A DNA stretch of 42,796 nucleotides from Thermodesulfobacteriota bacterium. Its GTDB lineage: Bacteria > Desulfobacterota_D > UBA1144 > Nemesobacterales > UBA2774. Location: the NCBI GenBank assembly GCA_044451425.1, contig JBIOKC010000001.1, forward strand, positions 1-42,796, given 5' to 3'. Of the stretch, positions 19,298 through 27,885 are shown one piece after another. Under the pieces are notes generated by a model. It worked only from the letters and a program-made list of their open reading frames with translations. It made no database searches and had not been told where the DNA came from. The position numbers and the translations under genes are program-made. Numbering within the stretch: position 1 is the first letter of the stretch; each line of letters starts with the position of its first letter.

Positions 19298-19467
19298 TGA
19301 GAAACGGAACAAGTGAGCAAAGAGAGTTCTCCGATTTTATCGCGAGGATATTCCAGCACGAATACGACCACCTGAATGGTGTCCTTTTCCTTGACCGCCT
19401 TGAGTCAAACACGGATATAATCACGGAAAGGGAATATCTGAAGCTCTTACGGAGAGAGAACGAGTAA
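19298..19467 (+). pseudogene. def: Peptide deformylase, 3' fragment
   Basis: It encodes ..LRNGTSEQREFSDFIARIFQHEYDHLNGVLFLDRL.. with Def motif 3 (QHExDH). It is in frame with the 5' fragment once the IS and one CTTT copy are removed. Confidence 0.9.
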
Positions 19468-19479
19468 AGAGGAGATAAT

Positions 19480-20265
19480 ATGAGATTAATTGAGCACGCG
19501 ATGGTAATAACGGCCGTTCTCTTTTATGCTGCCGTCTCACTCGCGGGGGACGACAAGGGCACGATATTTCAGATCTCCACAATCGATGCGCTCATGGAAG
19601 GTGTCTACGACGGGGATTTCACATTCAGCGAGCTGAAAAAGCACGGAGACTTCGGCCTCGGGACTTTGAACGATCTCGACGGAGAGATGATAGGACTCGG
19701 CGGAGTTTTCTATCAGGTCAGATCTGACGGGAAGGTCCATGTCGTGCCTGATACCGCCAAAACGCCTTTTGCAGCGGTCACGTTTTTCGAGCCCGGCAAG
19801 AGTTTAACGCTCACAAAACCGCTCGAATGTAAAGAACTCGAGAGTTATATCGAAACCCTCTTCCCCTCAAAAAATATTTTTTATGCCCTGAAAATAGAAG
19901 GAAGCTTCGATTATGTAAAAACGAGAAGCGTGCCAAAGCAGGAAAGGCCGTTCCCGCCGCTCACGGAAGTCGTCAAGCATGAATCTTTCTTCGAGTTCAA
20001 GAACGTAAAAGGGACTATGGTCGGTTTCTGGTTTCCCGAATACCTGAAGGATATAAACACGATAGGGTTCCATCTCCATTTCCTGACGGAGGATAAAAAG
20101 GCCGGAGGGCACGTACTCGACTGCGCTATACATAATGTAAGCATCGGAATCGACTCTACGAGAGACCTCGATATATCGCTTCCGGAAACTACGGATTTCT
20201 ATAACGCGAATTTGACTAAAACGAAAGGCGGCGCTGTAAATGAAGTGGAAAACGGAAAAAACTGA
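19480..20265 (+). CDS. budA: Alpha-acetolactate decarboxylase with a hydrophobic N-terminal signal/anchor
   Basis: 261 aa with ALDC family hallmarks IFQISTIDALMEGVYDG, GLGTLNDLDGEMIGLGG and GFHLHFLT. The N-terminus AMVITAVLFYAAVSLAG looks like a signal peptide. A GAGGAG RBS lies 6 nt upstream. Confidence 0.85.
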   Translation: MRLIEHAMVITAVLFYAAVSLAGDDKGTIFQISTIDALMEGVYDGDFTFSELKKHGDFGLGTLNDLDGEMIGLGGVFYQVRSDGKVHVVPDTAKTPFAAVTFFEPGKSLTLTKPLECKELESYIETLFPSKNIFYALKIEGSFDYVKTRSVPKQERPFPPLTEVVKHESFFEFKNVKGTMVGFWFPEYLKDINTIGFHLHFLTEDKKAGGHVLDCAIHNVSIGIDSTRDLDISLPETTDFYNANLTKTKGGAVNEVENGKN

Positions 20266-20530
20266 GCGGCTGCGATAATCGAGCGGGGAGAAATGACGGG
20301 TCCCTCCGTAGAGTCGCCTTCGTCCCTCAAGCGGATTGAGCAGGTAACCTATAAACATTTAGCCAGGAACTCAGACCAGAAAACGGGCGATTGAAGAAGG
20401 AAAACAGAGAGACGTAACGGAAGCCGCCAAGGATGCCGGGCTCCTAGTCCCCGTATTTATAACCACCACCGTCTGGGAGAACTGGGTTAAGCCCGACGAA
20501 GAGGGGTTACGGCTCGGGGAAGACGAAAAG

Positions 20531-20758
20531 GTGAGGCTCAGGAATATACTCGACAAGCTCCTATACTTCATCAGGGTTCACCGCCAGACCAGCAAATCGA
20601 ACCTGATATATTTCCCAGTTCCCTTTACAAGATCCGGAAAGCAGGAAAATGTCCAGCTCATATCACATCTCGGCCCGCACGACAGGGGAGATCAGAGATC
20701 CTGCATCACCATAATGACCCCGGAGGAATATGACCTCGAAAAAGGCGATAAGCAATAG
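20531..20758 (+). CDS. Hypothetical protein or gene remnant (75 aa from the first GTG)
   Basis: The frame stays open and protein-like back to 20363 (..EAAKDAGLLVPVFITTTVWENWVKPDEEGLRLGEDEK..) with no ATG, GTG or TTG in that stretch. I recognised no family. Confidence 0.3.
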   Translation: MRLRNILDKLLYFIRVHRQTSKSNLIYFPVPFTRSGKQENVQLISHLGPHDRGDQRSCITIMTPEEYDLEKGDKQ

Positions 20759-20887
20759 TCCCGGCATATCGGCGAATTGAACGCATTTTAATGAGCAACC
20801 CTGAAGCACTCGTTTTCCCCGACGCAAGTAAGCACGGTCATGCCAGTAATTTAAATAATGTATAATATTTCATGACCGGTGTAGGTT

Positions 20888-22030
20888 ATGGAATATAATG
20901 AGATTTATCTAGATAATAACGCGACCACGAAACCGTTACCTCAAGTAAGGGAAGAGGTCAATAAAATACTTGGCGATGAATTCGGAAACCCTTCGAGCGC
21001 CCACTCCACGGGAGAAAGGGCGAGGCAAAGCCTTGCCAGTGCCAGAAATCGGGTCGCCGAGCTTATCGGCTCCAGCCCATCTAAAATCACTTTCACCAGC
21101 TCCGGAACGGAGTCGAACAATATGGCGTTTTATTCGTGCACGAGGAACAAGGGAACGAAATGCCGTGTCATTACGACAACTGTCGAACACTCGTCGATAA
21201 GAAAAATGTGCAGCTACTTGTGTATAAACGACGCTGAGATCAAGTTTATACGCGTCGATCCCGGCGGACTCATCGACCTCGACGAGCTAAGGAAAATGAT
21301 AAACGAAAACACGTCTCTCGTTTCGGTCCAGTGGGCTAATAACGAAACGGGGGTCGTACAGCCCGTGGTCGAGATAAGCCGAATCTGCCGAGACAGCGGA
21401 GTCCCTTTCCATACTGACGCGGCGCAGGCTATCGGGAAAATAGAAATGAGAGTGGAAGACATCCCTCTCGACTTTCTTTCGTTTACCGGACACAAATTTC
21501 ACGGCCCGCAGGGCGCAGCGGCGATATACACCAGAGACAAATTCATGCTTGCACCTATAATGTTCGGCGGGTTTCAGGAAGAGGGGTTTCGTCCAGGGAC
21601 GGAGAACCTCCCGGGAATAGCGGGGCTTGGTATGGCGGCCGAGCTAAGAAGAAAGGAGTTCCCAAAGCTCATCTCGTATATGAAAGATTTACGTGACAGG
21701 TTCGAATCCATGATACTCGATTTCATACCGGGGACCAGAGTAAACGGGGATATAAATAACAGGATATGCAATACGACAAATATCATGTTCGGAGGAATAG
21801 ACGGGAGGAAGTTCGTACGCGAGCTTGACTGGGTCGGGGTGAGGTGCTCCCAGAGTTCCGCATGTACCAATTTCGAAGTCGCCCCTTCCCATGTATTGGG
21901 CTCGATGGGACTCTCTGAAAAGGAGGCTTATTCCAGTATACGCTTCAGTTTTTCCGTGGAGAACACGGTTGATGAAATAGTCAAAGCGGTCAACCTTACC
22001 AGGAATCTCTGCGATAGGCTGAGGGCCTGA
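20888..22030 (+). CDS. Cysteine desulfurase (NifS/IscS-like class V aminotransferase)
   Basis: 380 aa with IYLDNNATTKP, GNPSSAHSTG, the PLP-lysine motif FTGHKFHGPQG and the active-site Cys loop SQSSACTN. Confidence 0.9.
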   Translation: MEYNEIYLDNNATTKPLPQVREEVNKILGDEFGNPSSAHSTGERARQSLASARNRVAELIGSSPSKITFTSSGTESNNMAFYSCTRNKGTKCRVITTTVEHSSIRKMCSYLCINDAEIKFIRVDPGGLIDLDELRKMINENTSLVSVQWANNETGVVQPVVEISRICRDSGVPFHTDAAQAIGKIEMRVEDIPLDFLSFTGHKFHGPQGAAAIYTRDKFMLAPIMFGGFQEEGFRPGTENLPGIAGLGMAAELRRKEFPKLISYMKDLRDRFESMILDFIPGTRVNGDINNRICNTTNIMFGGIDGRKFVRELDWVGVRCSQSSACTNFEVAPSHVLGSMGLSEKEAYSSIRFSFSVENTVDEIVKAVNLTRNLCDRLRA

Positions 22031-22155
22031 GGATACGACCATTTTCACGAACCGTCCACATGCGGCATCGATAGATCACACACATCGAGATTATATACGA
22101 GAAACACCCTCCTAATATCACCTTCCACCACAAACCGGAAACCGGGCAAAAAATC

Positions 22156-22716
22156 ATGGACAGGAAAAAAAAGAATATCCTGATAACCGGCCTCCCAGGC
22201 ATCGGGAAAACCACACTAATTAAGCAGCTCCTTTACAAGCTGAAGAGATACGATCCGGTAGGGTTTTACACCGAGGAGATACGGCTCAAAGGAGAGCGGA
22301 AGGGTTTTCAAATCATAACTCCGGACGGGCAACGATCGATACTGGCTCACGTTCTCATAGATAGCCCTTACCAGATCGGCAAGTATAAAGTGGACGTCAA
22401 CGGCTTCGATACCTTTCTCGATTCCTTAAACATTCATCAATATAAAAATAGCCCTGTAATAATCGACGAGATCGGAAAAATGGAATGCCTTTCCGTTAAA
22501 TTCGTGAGGATGATACAGGAGCTTCTGGACTCTCAAAATATCATTATAGCGACGATAGCCCACACGGACGGGGGCATCAAGGGTAAAATCAAGGAAAGAG
22601 AGGACGTTATGCTTTTCAAAATAAACCTGGAGAACAGAAATACCATCATAGACGATATACTAAAGACCTTGAGGAGCTTCCCCCAATTAAGCCAATTGGA
22701 GAATCAAGATCAGTGA
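22156..22716 (+). CDS. Nucleoside-triphosphatase, THEP1/NTPase-1 family
   Basis: 186 aa with Walker A ITGLPGIGKTT and Walker B VIIDEIGKME. The size and layout are typical of PF03266-type NTPases. Confidence 0.75.
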   Translation: MDRKKKNILITGLPGIGKTTLIKQLLYKLKRYDPVGFYTEEIRLKGERKGFQIITPDGQRSILAHVLIDSPYQIGKYKVDVNGFDTFLDSLNIHQYKNSPVIIDEIGKMECLSVKFVRMIQELLDSQNIIIATIAHTDGGIKGKIKEREDVMLFKINLENRNTIIDDILKTLRSFPQLSQLENQDQ

Positions 22717-22763
22717 TTGCACGGGGTAAAGATATTTCAGGCTTATAATCTCGTGCGCTCTCA

Positions 22764-23411
22764 TTAGCGTGCGCATGCTCCAAGACAGTCGTACTCCGCC
22801 TTCTTGCACCCTTGGAAACACTCTCCGCGCTTTCCGCCGCCTGCCCCTTGATCGGTAAACATTCCGCAGGTCCCCTCACATTCCATACGCTTCTCTCCGC
22901 AGGTGTCCGAGCAAGGAGTATTCTTATAGACTTCAGGACTAAACGTAGGCAGGGCGCCAGGATTCGCACAAAAGTCGGTACATTTATCAAGCTTTTCACC
23001 GCACTCATTCAAACAGGCCGTCTTTTTGACGCTCGCGGCGCCTCCCCCCATATACTTCGTGCAATCCTCTGCACAATCCCTATTCCTGTACTCACAAACA
23101 TCGGCGCAGGACTTGTCATGATAGGGCTTGGGCTTGATCGTAGGACGCGGGGTCGGGTTCGCACACCTCTTTACACATCCGGTCACCTCTTTGTCGCAAG
23201 CCTCTGAGCACTGCCTTTTTTTCTCGTTCGCAACCCCTCCGCCCATCATTTGAGAACATGAGAGCTGACAATTTTTCCCTGTATTCTCACAACTGTCCGG
23301 GCATGATATTTCTTCGGAATCATCCCTTGCATCCGCACCCCATGATACGTGATTACGGGGAATTAATAAAAGGAGGGGTATCAAAATCAGCGCAGGCAAA
23401 AGCTTCTTCAT
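22764..23411 (-). CDS. Secreted cysteine-rich protein with three tandem 8-Cys modules
   Basis: It has a signal peptide (MKKLLPALILIPLLLLIP). The mature part has three modules with identical Cys spacing, CX3C-X6-CX3C-X15-CX3C-X6-CX3C, joined by two 18-aa Pro-rich linkers (24 Cys in total). I chose the start at the second Met; the ORF is open to 23435. Confidence 0.7.
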   Translation of the reverse strand: MKKLLPALILIPLLLLIPRNHVSWGADARDDSEEISCPDSCENTGKNCQLSCSQMMGGGVANEKKRQCSEACDKEVTGCVKRCANPTPRPTIKPKPYHDKSCADVCEYRNRDCAEDCTKYMGGGAASVKKTACLNECGEKLDKCTDFCANPGALPTFSPEVYKNTPCSDTCGEKRMECEGTCGMFTDQGAGGGKRGECFQGCKKAEYDCLGACAR

Positions 23412-23560
23412 TGTGCTATACCGTATCGATGTCATTCAAGAATCTACCTGTGATTTCAGGGATTATGAAATGCTAACATCAGCCGCGGCAAAAACAGGGA
23501 AAATCAGTAAATAACCTTAATTTCTTGTTACATACAGACACCCTCGTTATAATTTCAGCG

Positions 23561-24889
23561 ATGGACAGGGAACGGTTAAGAAGAGACGCGCTTTCCATAT
23601 TCGAGACGGGAATTAAAGCTGTCGATCCGACAAATGCGGTAAGAAAACATTTGATATACAAAGACTGCATACTGGGGCTCGACGGCAGCATATATGACCT
23701 CGCCGACTATGAGAATGTTTATGTAATAGGAATGGGAAAGGCGGCGGCATCGATGGCGCTCGCCGTTGAGGAAATATTGGGCGAGAGGCTCACGGCAGGA
23801 ATATTAAATGTTAAATACGGGCATACCGCCCCGCTAAGAATCGTAAGAACCAATGAAGCCGGCCATCCTGTGCCCGACGCTCCCGGACTTAAAGGGACAG
23901 AAGAAATAGTAAGACTCCTAGGGGGAACGGGAGAAAAAGACCTGGTCATCTGCCTGATATCAGGAGGGGGGTCGGCTCTTCTGCCTCTGCCTGCCGAAGG
24001 GCTTACTCTCGATTATAAGCAGAGCCTCACGAAAACACTGCTGGAGTCCGGGGCCCCTATACACGAAATAAACGTGCTGAGGAAACACCTCTCTCGCGTA
24101 AAAGGCGGCAGGCTCGCCAGGCTCGCTTATCCCTCCACAGTTATCTCTCTTATCCTCTCGGACGTTATAGGGGATGAACTCGACTCAATCGCTTCCGGCC
24201 CGACCGTCCCTGATAAAAGCACCTTCGAGGAGTGCAGAAGTATTGTTAAAAAATACGGACTCGGGAAGAAGTTGCCCAGGGAAGTGTTAAAGTACATAGA
24301 AATGGGGATACGCGGCGAGATCGAAGAGACCCCGAAACCGGGCGACCCTGCCTTTGACCGCACGCAGAATGTTATTGTCGCGAGCAATATCATCGCGGCC
24401 ACAGCGGCGAAGGATAAGGCCTCTGAGCTCGGGTATAAGGCCCTCATGCTCTCCACATTCATACACGGGGAAACGATTGAAGCAGCCAAGTTGCATGCTG
24501 CAATCGCAAGGGAGATAGTCTCGTCCGGAAACCCTGTAGATAAACCCGCATGTATCATTTCGGGCGGAGAAACCACTGTCACGATAAAGGGTAAGGGAGA
24601 GGGCGGAAGGAACCAAGAATTCTCGCTCGCGTCCGCAATATACATCGAGGGACTTGAAAACGTGCTCATTCTGAGCGGGGGGACGGACGGAACCGACGGT
24701 CCGACGGACGCGGCGGGGGCGCTAGCGGACGGCACAACTATGGAAAGGGCCCGCAAGTTGGGACTGAACGCTCCGGAACACCTTAGCGAAAATGACTCCT
24801 ACAACTTTTTTAAGCCGCTCGGCGATCTGCTGATGACGGGACCGACAAACACTAACGTCATGGATTTAAGGATCATTTTAGTCTCATAA
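23561..24889 (+). CDS. Glycerate 2-kinase / hydroxypyruvate reductase-like protein (DUF4147 + MOFRL)
   Basis: Motifs VIGMGKAA, LISGGGSALL, RKHLSRVKGG, GGETTVT, GGRNQE and SGGTDGTDGPTDAAGA are typical of TtuD/GckA-type glycerate kinases. I chose the ATG at 23561; the ORF is open from a TTG at 23525. Confidence 0.85.
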   Translation: MDRERLRRDALSIFETGIKAVDPTNAVRKHLIYKDCILGLDGSIYDLADYENVYVIGMGKAAASMALAVEEILGERLTAGILNVKYGHTAPLRIVRTNEAGHPVPDAPGLKGTEEIVRLLGGTGEKDLVICLISGGGSALLPLPAEGLTLDYKQSLTKTLLESGAPIHEINVLRKHLSRVKGGRLARLAYPSTVISLILSDVIGDELDSIASGPTVPDKSTFEECRSIVKKYGLGKKLPREVLKYIEMGIRGEIEETPKPGDPAFDRTQNVIVASNIIAATAAKDKASELGYKALMLSTFIHGETIEAAKLHAAIAREIVSSGNPVDKPACIISGGETTVTIKGKGEGGRNQEFSLASAIYIEGLENVLILSGGTDGTDGPTDAAGALADGTTMERARKLGLNAPEHLSENDSYNFFKPLGDLLMTGPTNTNVMDLRIILVS

Positions 24890-25024
24890 ATCCTATGAAT
24901 TTTAATAAAGGCATAGAAATATATCATAATGTATAGTATTCAAATGAGACGAGCTCCTAAAACGAACGGTTAGACCTTATGCTCTTCTGATATACTAAAA
25001 ACCGATCCTGAAGGGTTAACGTAA

Positions 25025-26227
25025 TTGAATCCCATCCAATACACCAAAGATATAATTAACGAAATCAGTATCCCGGGGCTCTTTGACATTGCTTTTATGT
25101 CTCTTCTTATATACGCAGTACTCGTATTATTCAACAGGACTAAAGCGCGCTTCGTGCTCACAGGCGTAATCATAATCAGCATCATTTATCTCCTAGCCCG
25201 GCAGTTTAACTTGGTACTTACGACCTCGGTGCTTCAGACCTTTTTCGCAGTCATCTTCATAGCTCTCATAATTATATTCCAGGAGGAAATGAGACAGTTC
25301 CTGGAGCAAATAGCGCTCTGGAGCTTAAACCCACAGCTGGCACTCGAAAGATCACGCGGCGCGTCTCGGGAAGATATAGACATTCTCGTGAATACAATTA
25401 CAGACCTCGCCAACGAAAAAATCGGGGCTCTCATCGTCCTTGCCGGAACGTCAACAATCGAGAGGGCGATCGAAGGAGGAAATATACTGAACGGCAAATT
25501 AAGCGAGCCCCTGCTTAAAAGCCTCCTTGATCCGCACTCGATGGGGCATGACGGGGCTGTAATTATAGACAAGGGGAATCTGGTCAAGTTCTCCTGCCAT
25601 CTTCCTCTTTCTAAAAACTTCGGGATGCTGATGAATAGGGGCACGCGGCACGCGGCCGCGCTCGGGCTTTCTGAAGTGAGCGATGCCCTTTGTCTAGTCG
25701 TATCGGAAGAAAAAGGCACGATCTCCGCCGCGAGAAGCGGAGAGATCAGGCAAATCGGAAGCGAGCAGCTCAGGCTCATCCTGGAAAAATTTTACAGCGA
25801 GGTCAATCCGATACAGAAAAGAAGGCACTGGTTTACTTTCTTTACAAAAAATTACAGAGAAAAAGTAATCGCCGTCTTGATAGCAATCGCTCTGTGGTTC
25901 GTCTTCGTGCATGAATCGAAGCTCGTTTACATGACATACAACGTCCCGGTCAAATACACCACGCTGCCGCCGGAACTCAAAGTCGAAGACATAAAGCCAG
26001 ACACAGTGAAAGTCACATTCCTCGGTCCGAGAAGGGTATTTTACTTCTTTAACGAAAAGGAGGTCGAGCTTTTCCTGAAGATCCCGGATGCGAGAAAAGG
26101 GATAAAAACCGTGAACATATTGGAATCGAGCCTTAAATTTCCGAAGGACATTTCTCTTGAGAATATAGAGCCCCGGAGAGTTCTCGTGAGAATCGACGAT
26201 ACAAAACCGGCGGATAACAACAAATGA
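25025..26227 (+). CDS. cdaA: Diadenylate cyclase CdaA fused to a C-terminal TM + YbbR (CdaR-like) domain
   Basis: 400 aa with three N-terminal TM helices. The DisA_N/DAC domain shows GALIVL, HDGAVII (DGA at 25550-25558), GTRHAAALG (25643-25666) and VVSEEKGTIS. This is followed by a fourth TM (VIAVLIAIALWFVFV) and a YbbR-type repeat (YNVPVKYTTLPPELKVEDIKPDTVKVTFLGPRR...ENIEPRRVLVRID). It has a TTG start. Confidence 0.85.
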   Translation: MNPIQYTKDIINEISIPGLFDIAFMSLLIYAVLVLFNRTKARFVLTGVIIISIIYLLARQFNLVLTTSVLQTFFAVIFIALIIIFQEEMRQFLEQIALWSLNPQLALERSRGASREDIDILVNTITDLANEKIGALIVLAGTSTIERAIEGGNILNGKLSEPLLKSLLDPHSMGHDGAVIIDKGNLVKFSCHLPLSKNFGMLMNRGTRHAAALGLSEVSDALCLVVSEEKGTISAARSGEIRQIGSEQLRLILEKFYSEVNPIQKRRHWFTFFTKNYREKVIAVLIAIALWFVFVHESKLVYMTYNVPVKYTTLPPELKVEDIKPDTVKVTFLGPRRVFYFFNEKEVELFLKIPDARKGIKTVNILESSLKFPKDISLENIEPRRVLVRIDDTKPADNNK

Positions 26228-26515
26228 GTGTCGGGGCGACCCTTCCGACTGTCGTGTTCAATAAGTATATGGATTGTCGGGAACGGGCTCACCAACCATA
26301 CCGCCCACACCGGTGTACTAACCTGTTATATCAACGAACGCCGGCTCATTTTTTCAAAACCCACGAATGTTCAGTCGATGTATATTCCCTAGGAACAGGC
26401 GCTCTATATATTGCGACTCGAAAAGAGTAATAGCATGATCTAAGATTGGATGTAAATGCGCTCAGGAGACATCCTTGGACAGTCCGGAGATGCTTTTCCC
26501 GCTAGAGAGATCAAA

Positions 26516-26887
26516 TCAAGCCAGATCTATCGCATGCTTTTTTAAATCTTCAAGCGAAACAACTTCGAGCACGGACTCGTGTGTAGATGCGAGTATGACA
26601 GGGGGTGCGAACCCGCTATCGAACGCTTCCTTCCACTTGAACGCACAGATGCACCACCTGTCTCCCGGTTTCAACCCCGAGAATTCGTACTCCGGGTTCG
26701 GTGTCGTCAGGTCATTTCCACGTAACTTCGAAAACTCCAGAAAATCCTCCGTAACCTCAGCACAGACCACATGTATGCCGAGGTCCTCGGGACCGGTCCT
26801 GCAGCATCCATCACGGTAGAATCCAGTCATAGGGAACAGGGAGCAGTTCTTAAGCTCCTCACCGAATACGTTCTTTTCTTTTGGCAT
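26516..26887 (-). CDS. DUF2237 family protein
   Basis: MPKEKNVFGEELKNCSLFPMTGFYRDGCCRTGPEDLGIHVVCAEVTEDFLEFS...PGDRWCICAFKW matches the conserved DUF2237 pattern (GF.RDG.C.TG..D.G.H.VCA, RWCLCA.RW). Confidence 0.8.
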   Translation of the reverse strand: MPKEKNVFGEELKNCSLFPMTGFYRDGCCRTGPEDLGIHVVCAEVTEDFLEFSKLRGNDLTTPNPEYEFSGLKPGDRWCICAFKWKEAFDSGFAPPVILASTHESVLEVVSLEDLKKHAIDLA

Positions 26888-27307
26888 ATCGTCTTCCAAC
26901 GAATTTGTATTGCAGAAAGGACCATTTAATTCGATACATATAATATATATTGGTTCGTGAAAAGGTAAAAATCAGGACGGAATATTCTACATAAAGAGTC
27001 ATACTTCCCGATGCTCAATATCGACCGCTCGTGCCCTAGCGCTAATTTGATAACGACCAGCCATCTTCTGAACCGGATTCGTATCCTTAGATACATGATT
27101 GCAAAGTCTCGAACGATTTATAATTATACCTATCGTAAATATATATTATAGACGACATGTATATACAGCAATACTGCCCGTGAAAACATATATGGGAGTC
27201 TTTTTTTCACGGACGAGATGAAAGCGTCGAGCAGGCCGAGGAATCAAAAGCCGAATCCGGGGGCTCGCTCGAATAAATCGAGAGTTGTCGAATAATTCGA
27301 AAAGAAG

Positions 27308-27859
27308 ATGCAGAATCACTTGGATTCCGCCTATAATCTTGTGAGATGTATCTCAGGCCACGACCAGGACGCGGAGGACATAGTGCAGGAGGCCTATATA
27401 AAGGAATTCAGATCATCCGAGAAGTACGCGGAGATAAACAGTCTCAGCTGGCTGCTGACAATTTTACGCAATACTTCATATAATTGGTTAAAGAGCAAAC
27501 ATGTGCGGAAAGAGCAGATAGAATTCGATGAGACCGTGCACAGCGCCAAGCTCGACCCCCCTTACATTACTGGACGGCACATGGTATCGAGGCATTAAAG
27601 GTTCTTTAATACCGGAAACCACAAGGAACTTCTCTACAACGCGCTTAAAAATATGCCTTTGATTTTTCGGGAAGTCGTCGTGCTCCATGATATAGAAGGG
27701 CTTCCTTATAAGGAAATCGCCGATATCGTAAGCATCCCGGTCGGCACCGTGATGTCGAGACTGTCCCGAGGCAGGAAGAGGTTGCATTTGGCTCTTTCAA
27801 AACACCTGAAAAAGAAGGGTACTAACGAGTATTGGCAGCGCGAAGATACTGAAGAATAA
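27308..27859 (+). pseudogene. ECF (group 4) sigma-70 factor interrupted by a single in-frame TAA
   Basis: Region 2 (DAEDIVQEAYIKEF..., SWLLTILRNTSYNWLK) is encoded at 27308-27595. A TAA lies at 27596-27598. The same frame then continues without further stops through [62 protein letters not shown] (region 4). 27653 minus 27308 is 345, which is divisible by 3. Confidence 0.75.
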
Positions 27860-27885
27860 ATCTATTAAGGTTTCTGCGGATAACG

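Noticed and set aside
20371-20571. A 66-aa minus-strand ORF (Ser-rich, MKYRSLSSIFLSLTFSSSPS...).
   Set aside because: It is low-complexity and lies antisense to the more protein-like plus-strand frame at 20363-20758.
27860-27885. I looked for a co-transcribed anti-sigma factor (zf-HC2 type) overlapping or following the ECF sigma stop.
   Set aside because: No plus-strand ORF follows. Only 26 nt separate the sigma stop from the end of a convergent minus-strand gene.
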